Positions 52,170-64,000 of a stretch of DNA of 64,000 nucleotides are shown here, one piece after another. The notes below the pieces were generated by a model. It made no database searches, had not been told where the DNA came from, and saw nothing but the letters and a program-made list of their open reading frames with translations. This DNA is from the human T2T-CHM13v2.0 reference genome, Homo sapiens: positions 13,472,001 to 13,536,000 of the forward strand of contig CP068257.2 of NCBI GenBank assembly GCA_009914755.4, written 5' to 3'. The position numbers and the translations under genes are program-made. Position 1 is the first letter of the stretch. The number at the start of each line of letters is the position of its first letter.

Positions 52170-53062
52170 GTGGGAGCTGAACAATGAGAGCACATGAACA
52201 TGCAAGGGGAACAACACACACTGTGGCCTGTTGGAGGGGGAGGGCAAGAGAGAGCATCAGGATAAATGGCCAGATGGCTAATGCATGTGGGGCATAATAC
52301 CTAGGTAATGAGTTGATAGGTGCAGCAAACTACCATGGCACACGTTTGCATATGTAATGAACCTGCACATGTATCCTGGAACTTAAATTAAATTAAATTA
52401 AATATTTAAAAAAATGAAAAACAGAAAAGTTTGATTCAACTTGCTTAAACAATAAGAATATTAATTACCCTGGTAACCAGAAATGCAGAGATTCGACAGC
52501 TCTAAGGCATGGTATAGTCAAGACCTAGCTTTGAACCCCTCTGTGCCTTAGATTCTCTTATGACTAGCTTCTGGCAGGCTTCAAAATGTGACATGCAGAT
52601 ACAGCAATGACAGAAGGTCAGAAAAATGGGTCCATTTCTTCCACATACTGCTTTCAGGAAGAAAGAAAAATTTCTTAGAAGATGTCCTTTTATAGCTCAT
52701 TGGCCAGAAGACACGTTTCTCATGGTCATGCTGAAACCAATCATTGGCAAAAGTACTGTGGCCACTGTGTTTGGTTTAGGCCAATTAGGAACCACCCCTG
52801 AGACTGATATTGGAGTCAATTTCCTTCAAATTATGACCACAGAGAAAGGTAGATACATGAGAAAGGAAGAAGTTGATGTGGTAGAAATTGGGGAGATGAA
52901 TTGATGTTGGACAGATGACCAATAGGGTTTGTTACAAGGTTTATTCAGAATATTTGACATTTTTTAATATTTATAAATTCCAGCTTTGTCACTGCCTCTG
53001 TCACACTTACTATTGAGTATTTAATATGAGCTGTACTAGGACTTCAGGATTGTCTTAACTTG

Positions 53063-53390
53063 GGCTGCGATGACAAAGTATCATAGACTGGGTAGCTTCT
53101 AACAACCGAAATTTATTTCTCACAGTTCTGGAGGCTGGGAAGTCCAAGATCAAGGTGCCAGTAGATTCAGTGTCCAGTGAGATCCTTTATCTGATTCGCG
53201 AATGGCTCCTTCTTCTTACTGTGTGCTCATCTGGCAGGAGGGACTAAATAGCTGTCTGCATTGTCTTTTGTAAGGGCACTAATCCCAATCATGAGGGCTC
53301 TGTCTCCATGAGCTAAATCACTTCCCAAGGGAACCATCACCTCAGAGGTTAAGATTTGAACACATGAACTCTGGGGGAACACATGGCAAG
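53063..53390 (+). mobile_element. MLT1-like ERVL-MaLR LTR fragment, same family as the element at 16552
   Basis: GGCTGCGATGACAAAGTATCATAGACTGGGTAGCTTCTAACAACCGAAATTTATTTCTCACAGTTCTGGAGGCTGGGAAGTCCAAGATCAAGGTGCCAGTAGATTCAGTGTCCAGTGAGATCC...CTTCTTCTTACTGTGTGCTCATCTGGCAGGAGG...CTAATCCCAATCATGAGGGCTCTGTCTCCATGAGCTAAATCACTTCCCAAGGGAACCATCACCTCAGAGGTTAAGATTTGAACACATGAACTCTGGGGGAACACA. Hallmark motif TTATTTCTCACAGTTCTGGAGGCTGGGAAGTCCAAGATCAAGGTGCCAG. Confidence 0.65.
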
Positions 53391-53517
53391 GATATTCAGA
53401 CTAGAGCATGGATATGAAGATTTTAAAAGGCAATATTTCTGCTCTAGAAGAAAATATAGTCTTTTCCACACTGTTAAGAAAAGGCACAACAAAAGAAAAC
53501 AGTGAGAATGTCTATCA

Positions 53518-53542
53518 CTCCAAAAAAAAAAAAAAAAAAAAA
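53518..53542. repeat. Poly(A) tract, about 25 nt
   Basis: ccaaaaaaaaaaaaaaaaaaaaaaagc. No recognisable SINE upstream. Could be the tail of a decayed retroposed element. Confidence 0.8.
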
Positions 53543-55629
53543 GCTTTTTAGGACCTGCTGTTCCACTAATTACCAGAAGTAAATTATAGCACTTCCATAT
53601 AAAATAATAAGGAAATAAGAGACTAGAGTTTCACCTATTTTCATAAGCACATCATTTATTATAAATGCAGGTGGATAGAGAGGGGGAGAAGTTAACAATA
53701 AGATTCCACTGGTCCCATATGAGGCCCATGGTATTATAGAACTAAAGAGAGCTGAGTTTTTTAATTGAAAATAAGATAAGTAATTATCTTGGATTCTTGT
53801 TCTAAGAAGGTAGTAATTAGAGTGGATCCCCACTCCAGGGTCCACACTCCTGGCTTACAACCTGATAGAACTCCCCAGCTTGATGTTAACAGAATAAATA
53901 AAACAATATATCCCCAAATCCATGGGGAAGGCAAGAACATGATTGGGGATTTTAAATCCTGTAATTCTTGGATTCAGAGTATGGAAAATACAGGTAATTT
54001 CAGTAAGAGATCCCCACTGTTAGAATCTATAACACCCTATGGTGTCTTTAAAAAGAAGAAAATGCGTCACTAGTGGCTCAATCCCATACTCCTTTAAAAT
54101 TTGTTAAGCTTGACAATTCAAGCTGATGGCAAATAACTCCTTTCTCAAGTAATGTTTTAATCTGAAAGAAATATATTATTTAAAAGGGAAATCCCCATTA
54201 ATGCCAAGATACGGAAACAACTACTTAGAATACACAGCAACATGAAAGAGTAAGATAAAAGGAGAGAAATTGAACATCAAACATGTTCCTCTAAACCAGA
54301 AACAGAAGAAAGTGTTCTTTAGAAGATTAGACAGGTCTTGAATTTTTATTGTTGGCAAAGAACAGTGTTTAAAGGCAAGAGCTCAACCTTTCTACAGGGC
54401 AGTGTAGTTTTTAAATTCGTGGAGCAAGATGGTGACACTGGCTGTATGTACTAGCATAAAGAATTGAAAACAATATGACCTGAATGATACTCAAAAACTG
54501 ATATATTAAAGACTCATGTTGAGAGACAGATCATGAGCAGAGCCAATTTTGATTTTAAGCATAAAAGTGGATATGTTGTTATGAAAGTTTAAGTTTGAGT
54601 ATCACACTTATGAAAGTTAAGCTTTGAATGTCACAAGATATTGGGGTAAAGGAAACTGAAGAGTCATCTAGTTTAACTCAAATTCTTAAGTAGAGAAGAG
54701 GGTATGAGGCTTCACAATGACAAGTGGTCTAGTTTACAGGTAATTCTTGTCCCTATTTGTAGGACTTCCTGGGAGGGTCAGGTTAAGATCCCAAATAACA
54801 AAAAAGGAAGAAATGAAATGAGAAATTGCTTCTGCGAAACACAATTGTATAGCAGCTAAATTTTCTATGGTTTAAATGAGGAATACGTAACACATGCACA
54901 CAAGGCTATAAATTCTTAGCCTTCCTTGCTAACTTTGTGTGAAGAATAGTTATATCTTTTTGTAAAAAATATGCTTTAGCATCAGAACCAGAAAGCCTGT
55001 TGAATCTTAGTAAAAGCACTAATACTATTTCCATTTTTATTTCTCTTCCAATTTTGTATAAAAGGTACATTTTCATTAGGGGAATTGGGTAGCTAATTCT
55101 CTTGGAAAGATTCAGCTGTCACTGAGTAACACAATCTTTCCCCGCCCTCCTCGCCCAGGCTGGCAGGGACTGTGCTTCAGCTAATAACAGTGGCTCTGCT
55201 TTGCTGGGATGCTTCGAGCTGCTGTGACAGCTGACAGGAGAGTAGTAACCGCTAAGGTGTCAAGCCATCCTTTCCCCAATTCCATTTGCTTTGGGAATGT
55301 GCTAAGTTGAAAGTCCATAAGAGCCATTTAAGAACAAGTATTAGTAGATGGTATTATAGGTTTCTGTTCCTCTACACAGTCCATTTAAGGAGGAAAAATA
55401 GTTTTTCTAATACCATCTTAAGTGACTTTACGGTTATCGATACAAAACACCTTGGAAAAATATCCCAGTGCATATGTTATCTTGATATTTAAGCAAGAGA
55501 AGATTTACAAATGTTTAAAATTTCCAAATGTTTTAAACTTTCTACCTAAGGAATAGCAGATAATATTTTTCTTCAGTAAGGGGTCACAAAATATTAATTT
55601 GATACAAGATATAACAAAAAGTCAATTAG

Positions 55630-55986
<357 letters not shown>

Positions 55987-57469
55987 CAACACTTCTTTTC
56001 ATCTTGGATGTGATAATGTGCTCATGAAGGGTTGGGTAAAATCCACAAATCCACAGATTGCAAAGCACTGTGGAATTGAGTTAAGCACTGTGGGAAATCA
56101 AAACCTAATATAATACAATTCCTATTTTCAAGGATCTTCCTGATTGCAAAAACAATTATATGGAAGCTTAACAATTTCTACCTAAATAAAATGACGATTT
56201 TGGTATTTCAGAGAGCCAGCATGGTTTTCTAGACTGAGTGCTCACTTGCCTTGCAATCAAATGCTTCAATTAACATCTACACACTGACACTTACTCACTT
56301 TCCTCATTCATAAGAAGGCTGGACTAGATTATTTTTAAGTTCAAACATTTCGTGATTTACATCTTTAAAATATGTGCTTTTTTATAGTGATTTACAATGC
56401 AGCTAACAGGTTAGATTAGTAAATTATCAAAAACATTACCTAAGATTTGAGTGAATTTAGATTAATAAAAAAGTTTTAGGTTCTAACAATGTTTTAACAA
56501 TGATTTTGAATAAAAACACCTTGACTGTGTGCCTCCTCACTAACTAAATATTTGTGAATGAGCGTATTTTCATTATTTTTAAATAAGACAAACTGAACTT
56601 CTATACAGAGCTGCTATTTACACATGAGGTGTTTGCTTTTTGGTTTATCTTGCTGACTTGGGCCAATCCCCCAAGCGGTTTTAACTGAAGACAAGGTTAT
56701 CTTGCCATCCTTGATTTGGGGCAATCAGCCATCACAAAACAATTCTTGGTAATAAACATTAGAAGGAGAGGCCTGCAAGCAGCTCCAGTATGATAAATAA
56801 GGATATCGTTTTCCAAATAGGAAACAGGAGGAGGTTAATTTAAAATAAACCACTATGAGGTTTCTTACAGAGTTATCATCACCTGCCTTTCAAAATAAGC
56901 ATACTCATTACATGTGAGGGCAATTGTTCATCTGAACATCTTGTTTACTTGTCTGATTGTTCTCCCCAGGTATAATGATTTTCAACAGGTCAATCAGTGG
57001 TTCTAAGCGCTTTTCAAGCCTATTTAACAGGATAATTTGGTCAAAGTGCACATGTTATATAAATTGCCCTCCCTTAACATTCCCCATCATGAAGGCATGC
57101 ACTCAAGAGTTTCATGCAAACCTGTCTTTACATTTGCCTCTTCCACTTTCCTGGAAAGTTGGATAAGTTACTTGAAATTTTTTAGTCTCATTTCCCTGGT
57201 CTAGAGTTTTTCAGGATTGGGGAGGTTGAGTCCTAACACTGGGACAGTCCCAGGCATCTGTTCAGGCTCATTGATGACGGAGAGGGAAGGAGACAGCATC
57301 TCGGCCACTTCATGATAACATAAATAAATCACATAACTGATGAACTATGTGTAACATAATCTTAATCTGGCATTTATTTTCAGATATTAAGGTTAAGTAC
57401 TATATCAATTTTTTAAAAGTAAAAAATTATTTCTACCTGCATAGAAGGCATTACCTGGGTTGATTGATT

Positions 57470-57753
57470 GATTGATTTAGAGACAGGGTTTTACTCTGTA
57501 GCCCCAGCTAAAGTGCAGAGGCACATCACACCCCACTGCAGCCTCTGCCTCCCGGGCTCAAGCAACCCTCCCTCCTCAGTTTCCTGAGTAGGTGAGGCTA
57601 CAGGCACACACCACTACACCCAGCTAATTTTTGTAGTTTTTGTAGAGACTGCCGTGTTTCCCAGGCTGGTCTCAAACTCCTGGGCTCAAGCCATCAGCCT
57701 GCCTTGGCCTCCCAAAGTTCTAAGATTATGGGCATGAGCCACTGCACCTGGCC
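57470..57753 (-). mobile_element. Old, diverged Alu SINE (AluJ/S-like, antisense) with (GATT)n-modified tail
   Basis: GATTGATTGATTGATTTAGAGACAGGGTTTTACTCTGTAGCCCCAGCTAAAGTGCAGAGGCACATCACACCCCACTGCAGCCTCTGCCTCCCGGGCTCAAGCAACCCTCC...GGCCTCCCAAAGTTCTAAGATTATGGGCATGAGCCACTGCACCTGGCC. Confidence 0.88.
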
Positions 57754-58367
57754 TGATTGTATTTTATTTTTAAATAAGCCAGTTCATGAATAATTAAATG
57801 AAAACATTATAATAATAAACAGACAAAAAGATTGCTAAATAATAAATCTAGTTTATAACTAATATATCTATCTCACTTCCTTAAATTAGTTTTCAATGCC
57901 CTTAATTTGTATGTGTGTTAACATCTCTCAATTTTCAAAAATTTTTAGTTTTTTGAAAAATAGCATGGCAATTGAAAGACTGATTTTTAAAGTGAACAAA
58001 ACATTGACTCCCAGAAGAAAAATTTTAATGAACAAAACATCGATTTCCAGAAGATGAACAAGTTCACATGTTCATATGTAATCAAAATATGTGACACTAA
58101 TTATAGGTGTATTTACACTTTTCAAACACCAATATTAATTCCTGAATACATATGCTATTAAGCCACTTTTGAACACAGAAAAGATGGCTAATTGATAATG
58201 TATTTTTGTAGCAAAGCAAGTTTTCATGCCAATTTTACATTTTGGGATTCATTAGATAATAACCTCCATTCCTTCTTATTAAACAGAAATAAAAGCATCC
58301 AATATACATGCTTTTCTAGATGTGGAAGGCTACATTTGACAATCAATTATTAAAGTAAAATTAAACC

Positions 58368-58640
58368 TGGCTTTGGGAGGCCAAGGCAGGGGCATCTCTT
58401 GAGCCTAGAAGCTCAAGATCATCCTGGGCAACATAGTGAGGGATCCAGTCCCTAAAAAAATATATAAAAAAGGCGAGGTGTGGTGGCATGTACCTGTAGT
58501 CCCAGCTACTCGGGAGGCTGAGGTGGGAGCGAGGCTTAGGTCCAGGACTTAGAGCCTGCAGTGAGCCATGATGGCACCACTGCACTCTGGCTTGAGCAAT
58601 AGAGTAAGAGTCCATCTGAAAAAACTAAACAAAACAAAAT
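58368..58640 (+). mobile_element. 5'-truncated Alu SINE with possible 8-bp TSD AAACCTGG
   Basis: GGCTTTGGGAGGCCAAGGCAGGGGCATCTCTTGAGCCTAGAAGCTCAAGATCATCCTGGGCAACATAGTGAGGGATCCAGTCCCTAAAAAAATATATAAAAAAGGCGAGGTGTGGTGGCATGTACCTGTAGTCCCAGCTACTCGGGAGGCTGAGGTGGGAG...CACTGCACTCTGGCTTGAGCAATAGAGTAAGAGTCCATCTGAAAAAACTAAACAAAACAAAAT. AAACCTGG occurs immediately before it and at 58641-58648. Confidence 0.85.
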
Positions 58641-58905
58641 AAACCTGGTGTTGTCTGACAACCTAACTTTTGGAACTAACACCAGTCCATGGGGAGTCCT
58701 GAGTGGTATCAGAAAAATGCCATTTACATCAGATAATAAATATTCAGCCCTCTACCACAAATCCTGCACAGAATAACTCAATAAATATTAGCAGCAATGA
58801 CAATTAACAACTGCTTTCAGTTCAGCAGCTTATGGATCCTTGATATTCTTAGCTTCCTAATCGTTAGTAATTCCATCACCTTTTAATGAATGAGTCAGAA
58901 ATTTA

Positions 58906-59294
<389 letters not shown>

Positions 59295-60131
59295 AGCCAA
59301 GAGGGGATTAGAGTGGCCCTAATGGTTAAAATCATGACTAAAAGTTGTTTAAATGACCCTTTCAATGCCATTCCCCTTTTGCACTGTTTAATCAAGAACT
59401 GGTTGCAGTGGCATATTTGAGGTTAAGAAATATTGAGAAAAGGAAAAGGTGTATGTGTGGTTTCTGCTTCACTGGGTTGTCAGGAGAATGGCAATAACAT
59501 AACCATTTAAAATGGAAAAATGGAGCAGTAGGCCCTACTCTGAAGAAGATAGGACATATTTTCAATGTTTCCTGAATGTTACAAGACATAAGAACAGCTA
59601 CCCGGGGGGTTCCTATCTTGAAGACTGGAAAATTATGAGCAAAAGCAACTAGCAAAATAAAAGAATCTGGAATATTTATCCTCTTATGATGGCTAGACTT
59701 CAGACTTCCTGAAATAGCCTTTCTCTTGGCTTCTAAGCCACTGCTTCTCAAACTTTAATGTTCATACAAATCACCCAGGGATCAGGTGAAAATGCACATT
59801 CTGATTCTATAAGCCTGGGGTGCAGCCTGGTGTTCTGCATTTTTAACCAGCTGGTCTTCAGACTCTTCTTGAGTACCAGGCTTCTGTCTTACTTACATTG
59901 TAATGTTTCTTATGCTCATGGTGACGGTACATCCTGTACTCTTTAACATAGCCTAAATTTTATTGGTATTTCATTATTTTCAGCAAAGTCAATTAGCTAA
60001 CTAAATTGATTTAATTTTTATACCTTTTGGAAGCTGTTCATATAAAAGATTTCCCTCACCAGAAGTCCAATGTCTTGACTTGGGGTTTTAGAAGATGGTC
60101 TTATCACAAGTGACTTAGCAAAGATTACCTC

Positions 60132-60164
60132 TCTCTCTCTCTCTCTCTTTTTTTTTTTTTTCTT
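60132..60164. repeat. (CT)n microsatellite followed by poly(T)
   Basis: ctctctctctctctctctctttttttttttttttc. Confidence 0.9.
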
Positions 60165-61291
60165 GAGACTTCTCGTCTTACTCCAGTAGCCCTTTGTGTA
60201 TCTGCATAACAACTTGACTGGAATAAAGTAATGATTATTTTCTATCAATCAAGGCTAAATGAGTCACCTATGAAGAAAAAACTGTTCAGATGGACTGGAG
60301 CCCTGGGCTAGGTATTACAACTGGAAACAAGGGAGAATGTGATTTAGGAAACCTTCCTAATGGTCATAGGAATTGCTTTCTTTTCTATCAAAAAATAAAT
60401 TGAAGAAAATCTCTTCTCTGGTCTCCAGGCTGCAAGCTCTAAATCTTGGCTTCATGCATTAATGAAGTTACACTTCACTCAGGAGAGCTGAGTTAATTTC
60501 TTAGTCTGTCACTCACTAGCTGTTTGACATTGGTCAAGCAAAGGTCATAATCACCTTTGAGAACTTCTGTTTTCTTATTTTTTTTTAATGAGAGAACAAA
60601 GTTAGGGAGGCAACTAAATGCCCTATAAGCTCTTGTTCAACTTCAAAAAGAAAATATAAATATATGGCATCAAATCTGAGCTCTTACCAAATTCCTAAGG
60701 GCTTGATATTCTGATTATGATATGGTGATTATGATTTGATTATAATTTACCAAGCAGTTGATAAGAAATTGTTATATGTAATCCAAAGCAAGCCCTTGAA
60801 AACCTTGTGTCTCCCAAAGATAATTAGAAACTAGGATTATCCAGGCGACATTTGAATTTCTGTTAGTAAAATCTTGAAAGTTGCCGTACTATGTCTCTAT
60901 GCGACTGGACTCAGGCTAAGGGCTACTTTTAGATCTCATTTTAGCACTCTGGACCATTCTCATCTGAATAACAACAGTGAACTTCATTTTAGTATGATGG
61001 CAAAAGTCTCCTTTTCTAAACTCTAAATCACTGAAATAGTAATGGGAAATAAAATAACATTCACCATCTCTTTGAAAGAGGACAACAGAATTTGCCTGGG
61101 TGTATATGTTAGTCTGGTTTCTTCAAGACCCAAGTAACTGTTCAATCAAAAACTCAATCAATTAACAAAATCATGGACAAGCTCTGGAAAACCTGTAACA
61201 GAGGATAAAGGAAGTCTTTAGAACCTAAATTGAAGGAGAAGTACCATAAGCTTTCTCCAGAACTTTAATACCTTTGAATTAATTAATTAAT

Positions 61292-61577
61292 TTTTTTTTT
61301 TTGAGACAGAGTCTGGCTCTATTGCCTAGGCTGGAGTGCAGTGGCACCATCTCGGCAACCTCTGCCTCCTGGGTTCAAGCGATTCTCCTGTCTCAGCCTC
61401 TGGAGTAGCTGGGATTACATGCATGCACCACCACACCCGGCTAATTTTTGTATTTTTATTAGAGACGGGGTTTCACCTTGTTGGCCAGGCTGGTCTCGAA
61501 CTCCTGACCTAAGGTGATCTGCCTGCCTCAGCCTCCCAAAGTGCTGGGATTACAGGTGTGAGCCACTGCACCCAGCC
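61292..61577 (-). mobile_element. Alu SINE (antisense)
   Basis: TTTTTTTTTTTGAGACAGAGTCTGGCTCTATTGCCTAGGCTGGAGTGCAGTGGCACCATCTCGGCAACCTCTGCCTCCTGGGTTCAAGCGATTCTCCTGTCTCAGCCTCTGGAGTAGCTGGGATTACATGCATGCACCACCACACCCGGCTAATTTTTGTATTTTTATTAGAGACGGGGTTTCACCTTGTTGGCCAGGCTGGTCTCGAACTCCTGACCTAAGGTGATCTGCCTGCCTCAGCCTCCCAAAGTGCTGGGATTACAGGTGTGAGCCACTGCACCCAGCC. Approximate TSD GAAT(T)AATT. Confidence 0.92.
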
Positions 61578-62814
61578 TGAATAATTTTTTCTTAAGTGAC
61601 AGTCTATCAGAGTTTTAGAAAAATTCAAATTCTGGGCAGGAGCATACAACACATTACTATGCAAAAGGTGAAAATTAAACATTTACAAACTACCTCTAGA
61701 AAGCATTTTCGTGAAAGTTTAAAGTGTATGTTGAAGAGAAGAAATATTGATATGAAAAACTCCAGTGAGCCACAAAACTACTTGAGTCTCTTAACTCCAT
61801 AATCATTTTCAACCACCACCACCCAGATGGAAAAACACAAGCCTAAACGAATGTAATGCTTCCCCTCTCCTGCTTCCCAGGCAATTCATGCCTTCACACT
61901 GATGACTTCAGGTAGCGATCATTTAAAAGTAAATGTATAATGACTTGTTATGTGACTCTCTCCCAGCACCAGGAAACATGGATCTCTGTGTGTTTGATTA
62001 CAGGTCAAATTCTCCATTCAGGGAGCAATTAAAAGTTGCTATAACTTTTAAGTCATTGAAATGAGAAAGAAAATCCAAGAAATGAAATTTGCTTGATGAT
62101 TCTATTGCCTTTATCTAACACTGATTTTCACATGAAAAGTATTGCTTTCAAAAGTCCTAATTAGAAGGCCACCCTTAATAGCTGCATCTACAAGACATCA
62201 GCAATACATAGTAAAAGAATTAAGCAGAATATGGGAACTTTGATATTGGTGTCTTAATGGGGAAACAGCTTTCAATCAAGTAGCCCTGTCTGTATTCTAT
62301 GTTGAAAAGGAGTTTTTAAACCAAAACTACATGGATTATGCTCAATGGACTCTATCGATAATTTACAACTCTTCTATTTACTATGTTCCTTTTAATCATA
62401 AGCTAAGTTTCTTAATGGAAAGAAAATATTAAATGGTAACAATATGGAGATATTTGTCTTTGGTAGAACCTCTCTTTACAGCCTATGAAAGGGGAAAATC
62501 GGATACTACCAACACCAACTTTAATCTGATATATTTCTAGTCACTTTGGTTTCTGAAATCAGTCTGTGCAGAAATCTTTTTCATACAATGTCACGTATTT
62601 AATCTTGGTAGTAAAACAGCATTACTAGTTAGAAGGAATACATAAAGTGAGTTTAATTATTCTTTTACTTTCCATGAATTAATAATAGAAGCATTATTTT
62701 TCTCATTGCATTTGTAATGAGTGAAGACTGACAACCCTTTCTGAACACAAATTCCAGTAACTCAGAATTATGATGAGACTTGAAGAATTTTAAACATTTC
62801 CTACATTTAAGAAG

Positions 62815-63156
<342 letters not shown>

Positions 63157-63739
63157 TCAAGATTGTCATAAATGCTCGTGTAGGTTTTAAGGAAAAAGTT
63201 ATCTGAGAAATATAATAAATCATCTGGGTTTTTCATTTGTTTTACCAAACAGTTATAATTTTCCTCTTGTTACAGTGAACTTTTTATTGCCCAGAATCCA
63301 ATTGGTAAAAGCTCTTTATTAACCAAAACTTATTTGTACTACCTCCCCTGACACTATCGTAAAAATGTTATAGCACAATATTTAATAGCAACCCTAAAAT
63401 GAAAATGATGACTTAGAAGATTCTGGATTATTTTCTGAAACATCAAGAAATCAATTTACTCATAGATAATCTGCCTCAGTTAGAGTAAGTCTCAGTTGAC
63501 TAAGATTTGAGAAAACAGAATACCCAAATCTCAATCGTGCAAACAGAATTTACTCTGTATATGACTGATACCTAAAGAGTGGGAGGAACGTTCACAGAAT
63601 TTTAGAAAAGGTATCTAAAACCAAATGAGAAGATAACAATATAATTAACAGTCTTTGCGTTGTATTTATTGATTTAGATAATTATAAATTGTTCCATTGC
63701 CTAAATGAAATTAGGAGACTTAAAAGCTAAAACTTAGAG

Positions 63740-63850
63740 AAGAGATCCAGAGAATGAATCCAATCCCCTCATACTGCAGATGGGAAACCAAAGCCCAGAA
63801 GTTAAGTGATATTGGGTTTGGACCAATATCCAAGTCCAAGTTTCCATTCA
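63740..63850 (-). mobile_element. Possible MIR SINE core fragment
   Basis: CCCCTCATACTGCAGATGGGAAACCAAAGCCCAGAAGTTAAGTGATATTGGGTTTGGACCAATATCCAAGTCCAAGTTTCC resembles reverse-complemented MIR core (TTTACAGATGAGGAAACTGAGGCTCAGAGAGGTTAAGTGACTTGCCCAAGGTCACACAGC...). Confidence 0.45.
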
Positions 63851-64000
63851 ATGTATTTTCCATAACAGAACGCTTTTAAAAAATAGATAAAATATAGGCT
63901 AAAATTGGAGTTGGGGAAGCACAAATAGGGGTGAGCAGGGATGGAGGCTACCAGCATTTGAAGAGCCTGTTACTAGGTGTCAAGCATTGTTATCGATACT

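Larger units (their letters stand above)
51345..52425 (+). mobile_element. L1PA-type (primate-specific) LINE-1 3' fragment, about 1.1 kb, 5'-truncated: ORF2 C-terminal portion plus 3'UTR and A-rich tail
   Basis: AAAATTGACAAATGGGATCTCATTAAAGTAAGATCTTCTGCACC...GAATGGGAGAAAAAATTTGCAATCTATCCATCTGACAAAGGTCTAATATCCAGAATTTACAAGGAACTTA...AAAAAGTTGGCAAAGGACATGAACAGACACTTCTCAAAAGAAGACATTTATGTGGCCAACAAACACATTAAAAAAAGCTCAACATTGCTGATCATTAGAGAACTGCAAATCAAAACCACAATGAGATACCATCTCATGCCAGTCAGAATGGTGATTATTAAAAATTCAAGAAACAACAGATACTGGCGAGGCTGTGGAGAAATAGGAAC...CAAACTACCATGGCACACGTTTGCATATGTAATGAACCTGCACATGTATCCTGGAACTTAAATTAAATTAAATTAAATATTTAAAAAAA is collinear with the human L1 ORF2 3' half and 3'UTR. A (CA)9 tract sits inside it at about 51405-51422. 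Confidence 0.95.

Overview
This window is primate (human-like) nuclear genomic DNA, not a prokaryotic or viral locus. The evidence is about 19 Alu SINEs on both strands, many with poly(A) tails and target-site duplications. There are also MIR SINE relics, L1 LINE 3' fragments including an L1PA-type ORF2 C-terminal remnant, several ERVL-MaLR solo LTRs (THE1/MST-like and MLT1-like), two MER20-like hAT DNA-transposon relics, a palindromic MITE-like relic, and several microsatellites: (TATC)n, (CA)n, (GT)n, (AC)23 and (CT)n. The sequence is AT-rich and CpG-poor, with no CpG island. The longest ORF in six frames is 157 aa. The only ORFs in the supplied track with a real protein origin are decayed L1 ORF2 fragments. 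Many of the others are simply Alu sequence translated (the recurring [24 protein letters not shown]-like peptides). I found no convincing cellular protein-coding exon, rRNA/tRNA gene or CRISPR array, and no sign of a novel defence or biosynthetic system. The most likely interpretation is a gene-poor intronic or intergenic stretch of a primate chromosome. The features of practical interest are candidate polymorphic young Alu insertions, polymorphic STRs, and transposon-derived sequences (MER20, THE1 LTRs) that are known to be co-opted as regulatory elements elsewhere in the genome. Coordinates of repeat boundaries are approximate (about +/-10 bp) because they were called by eye against remembered consensus sequences.
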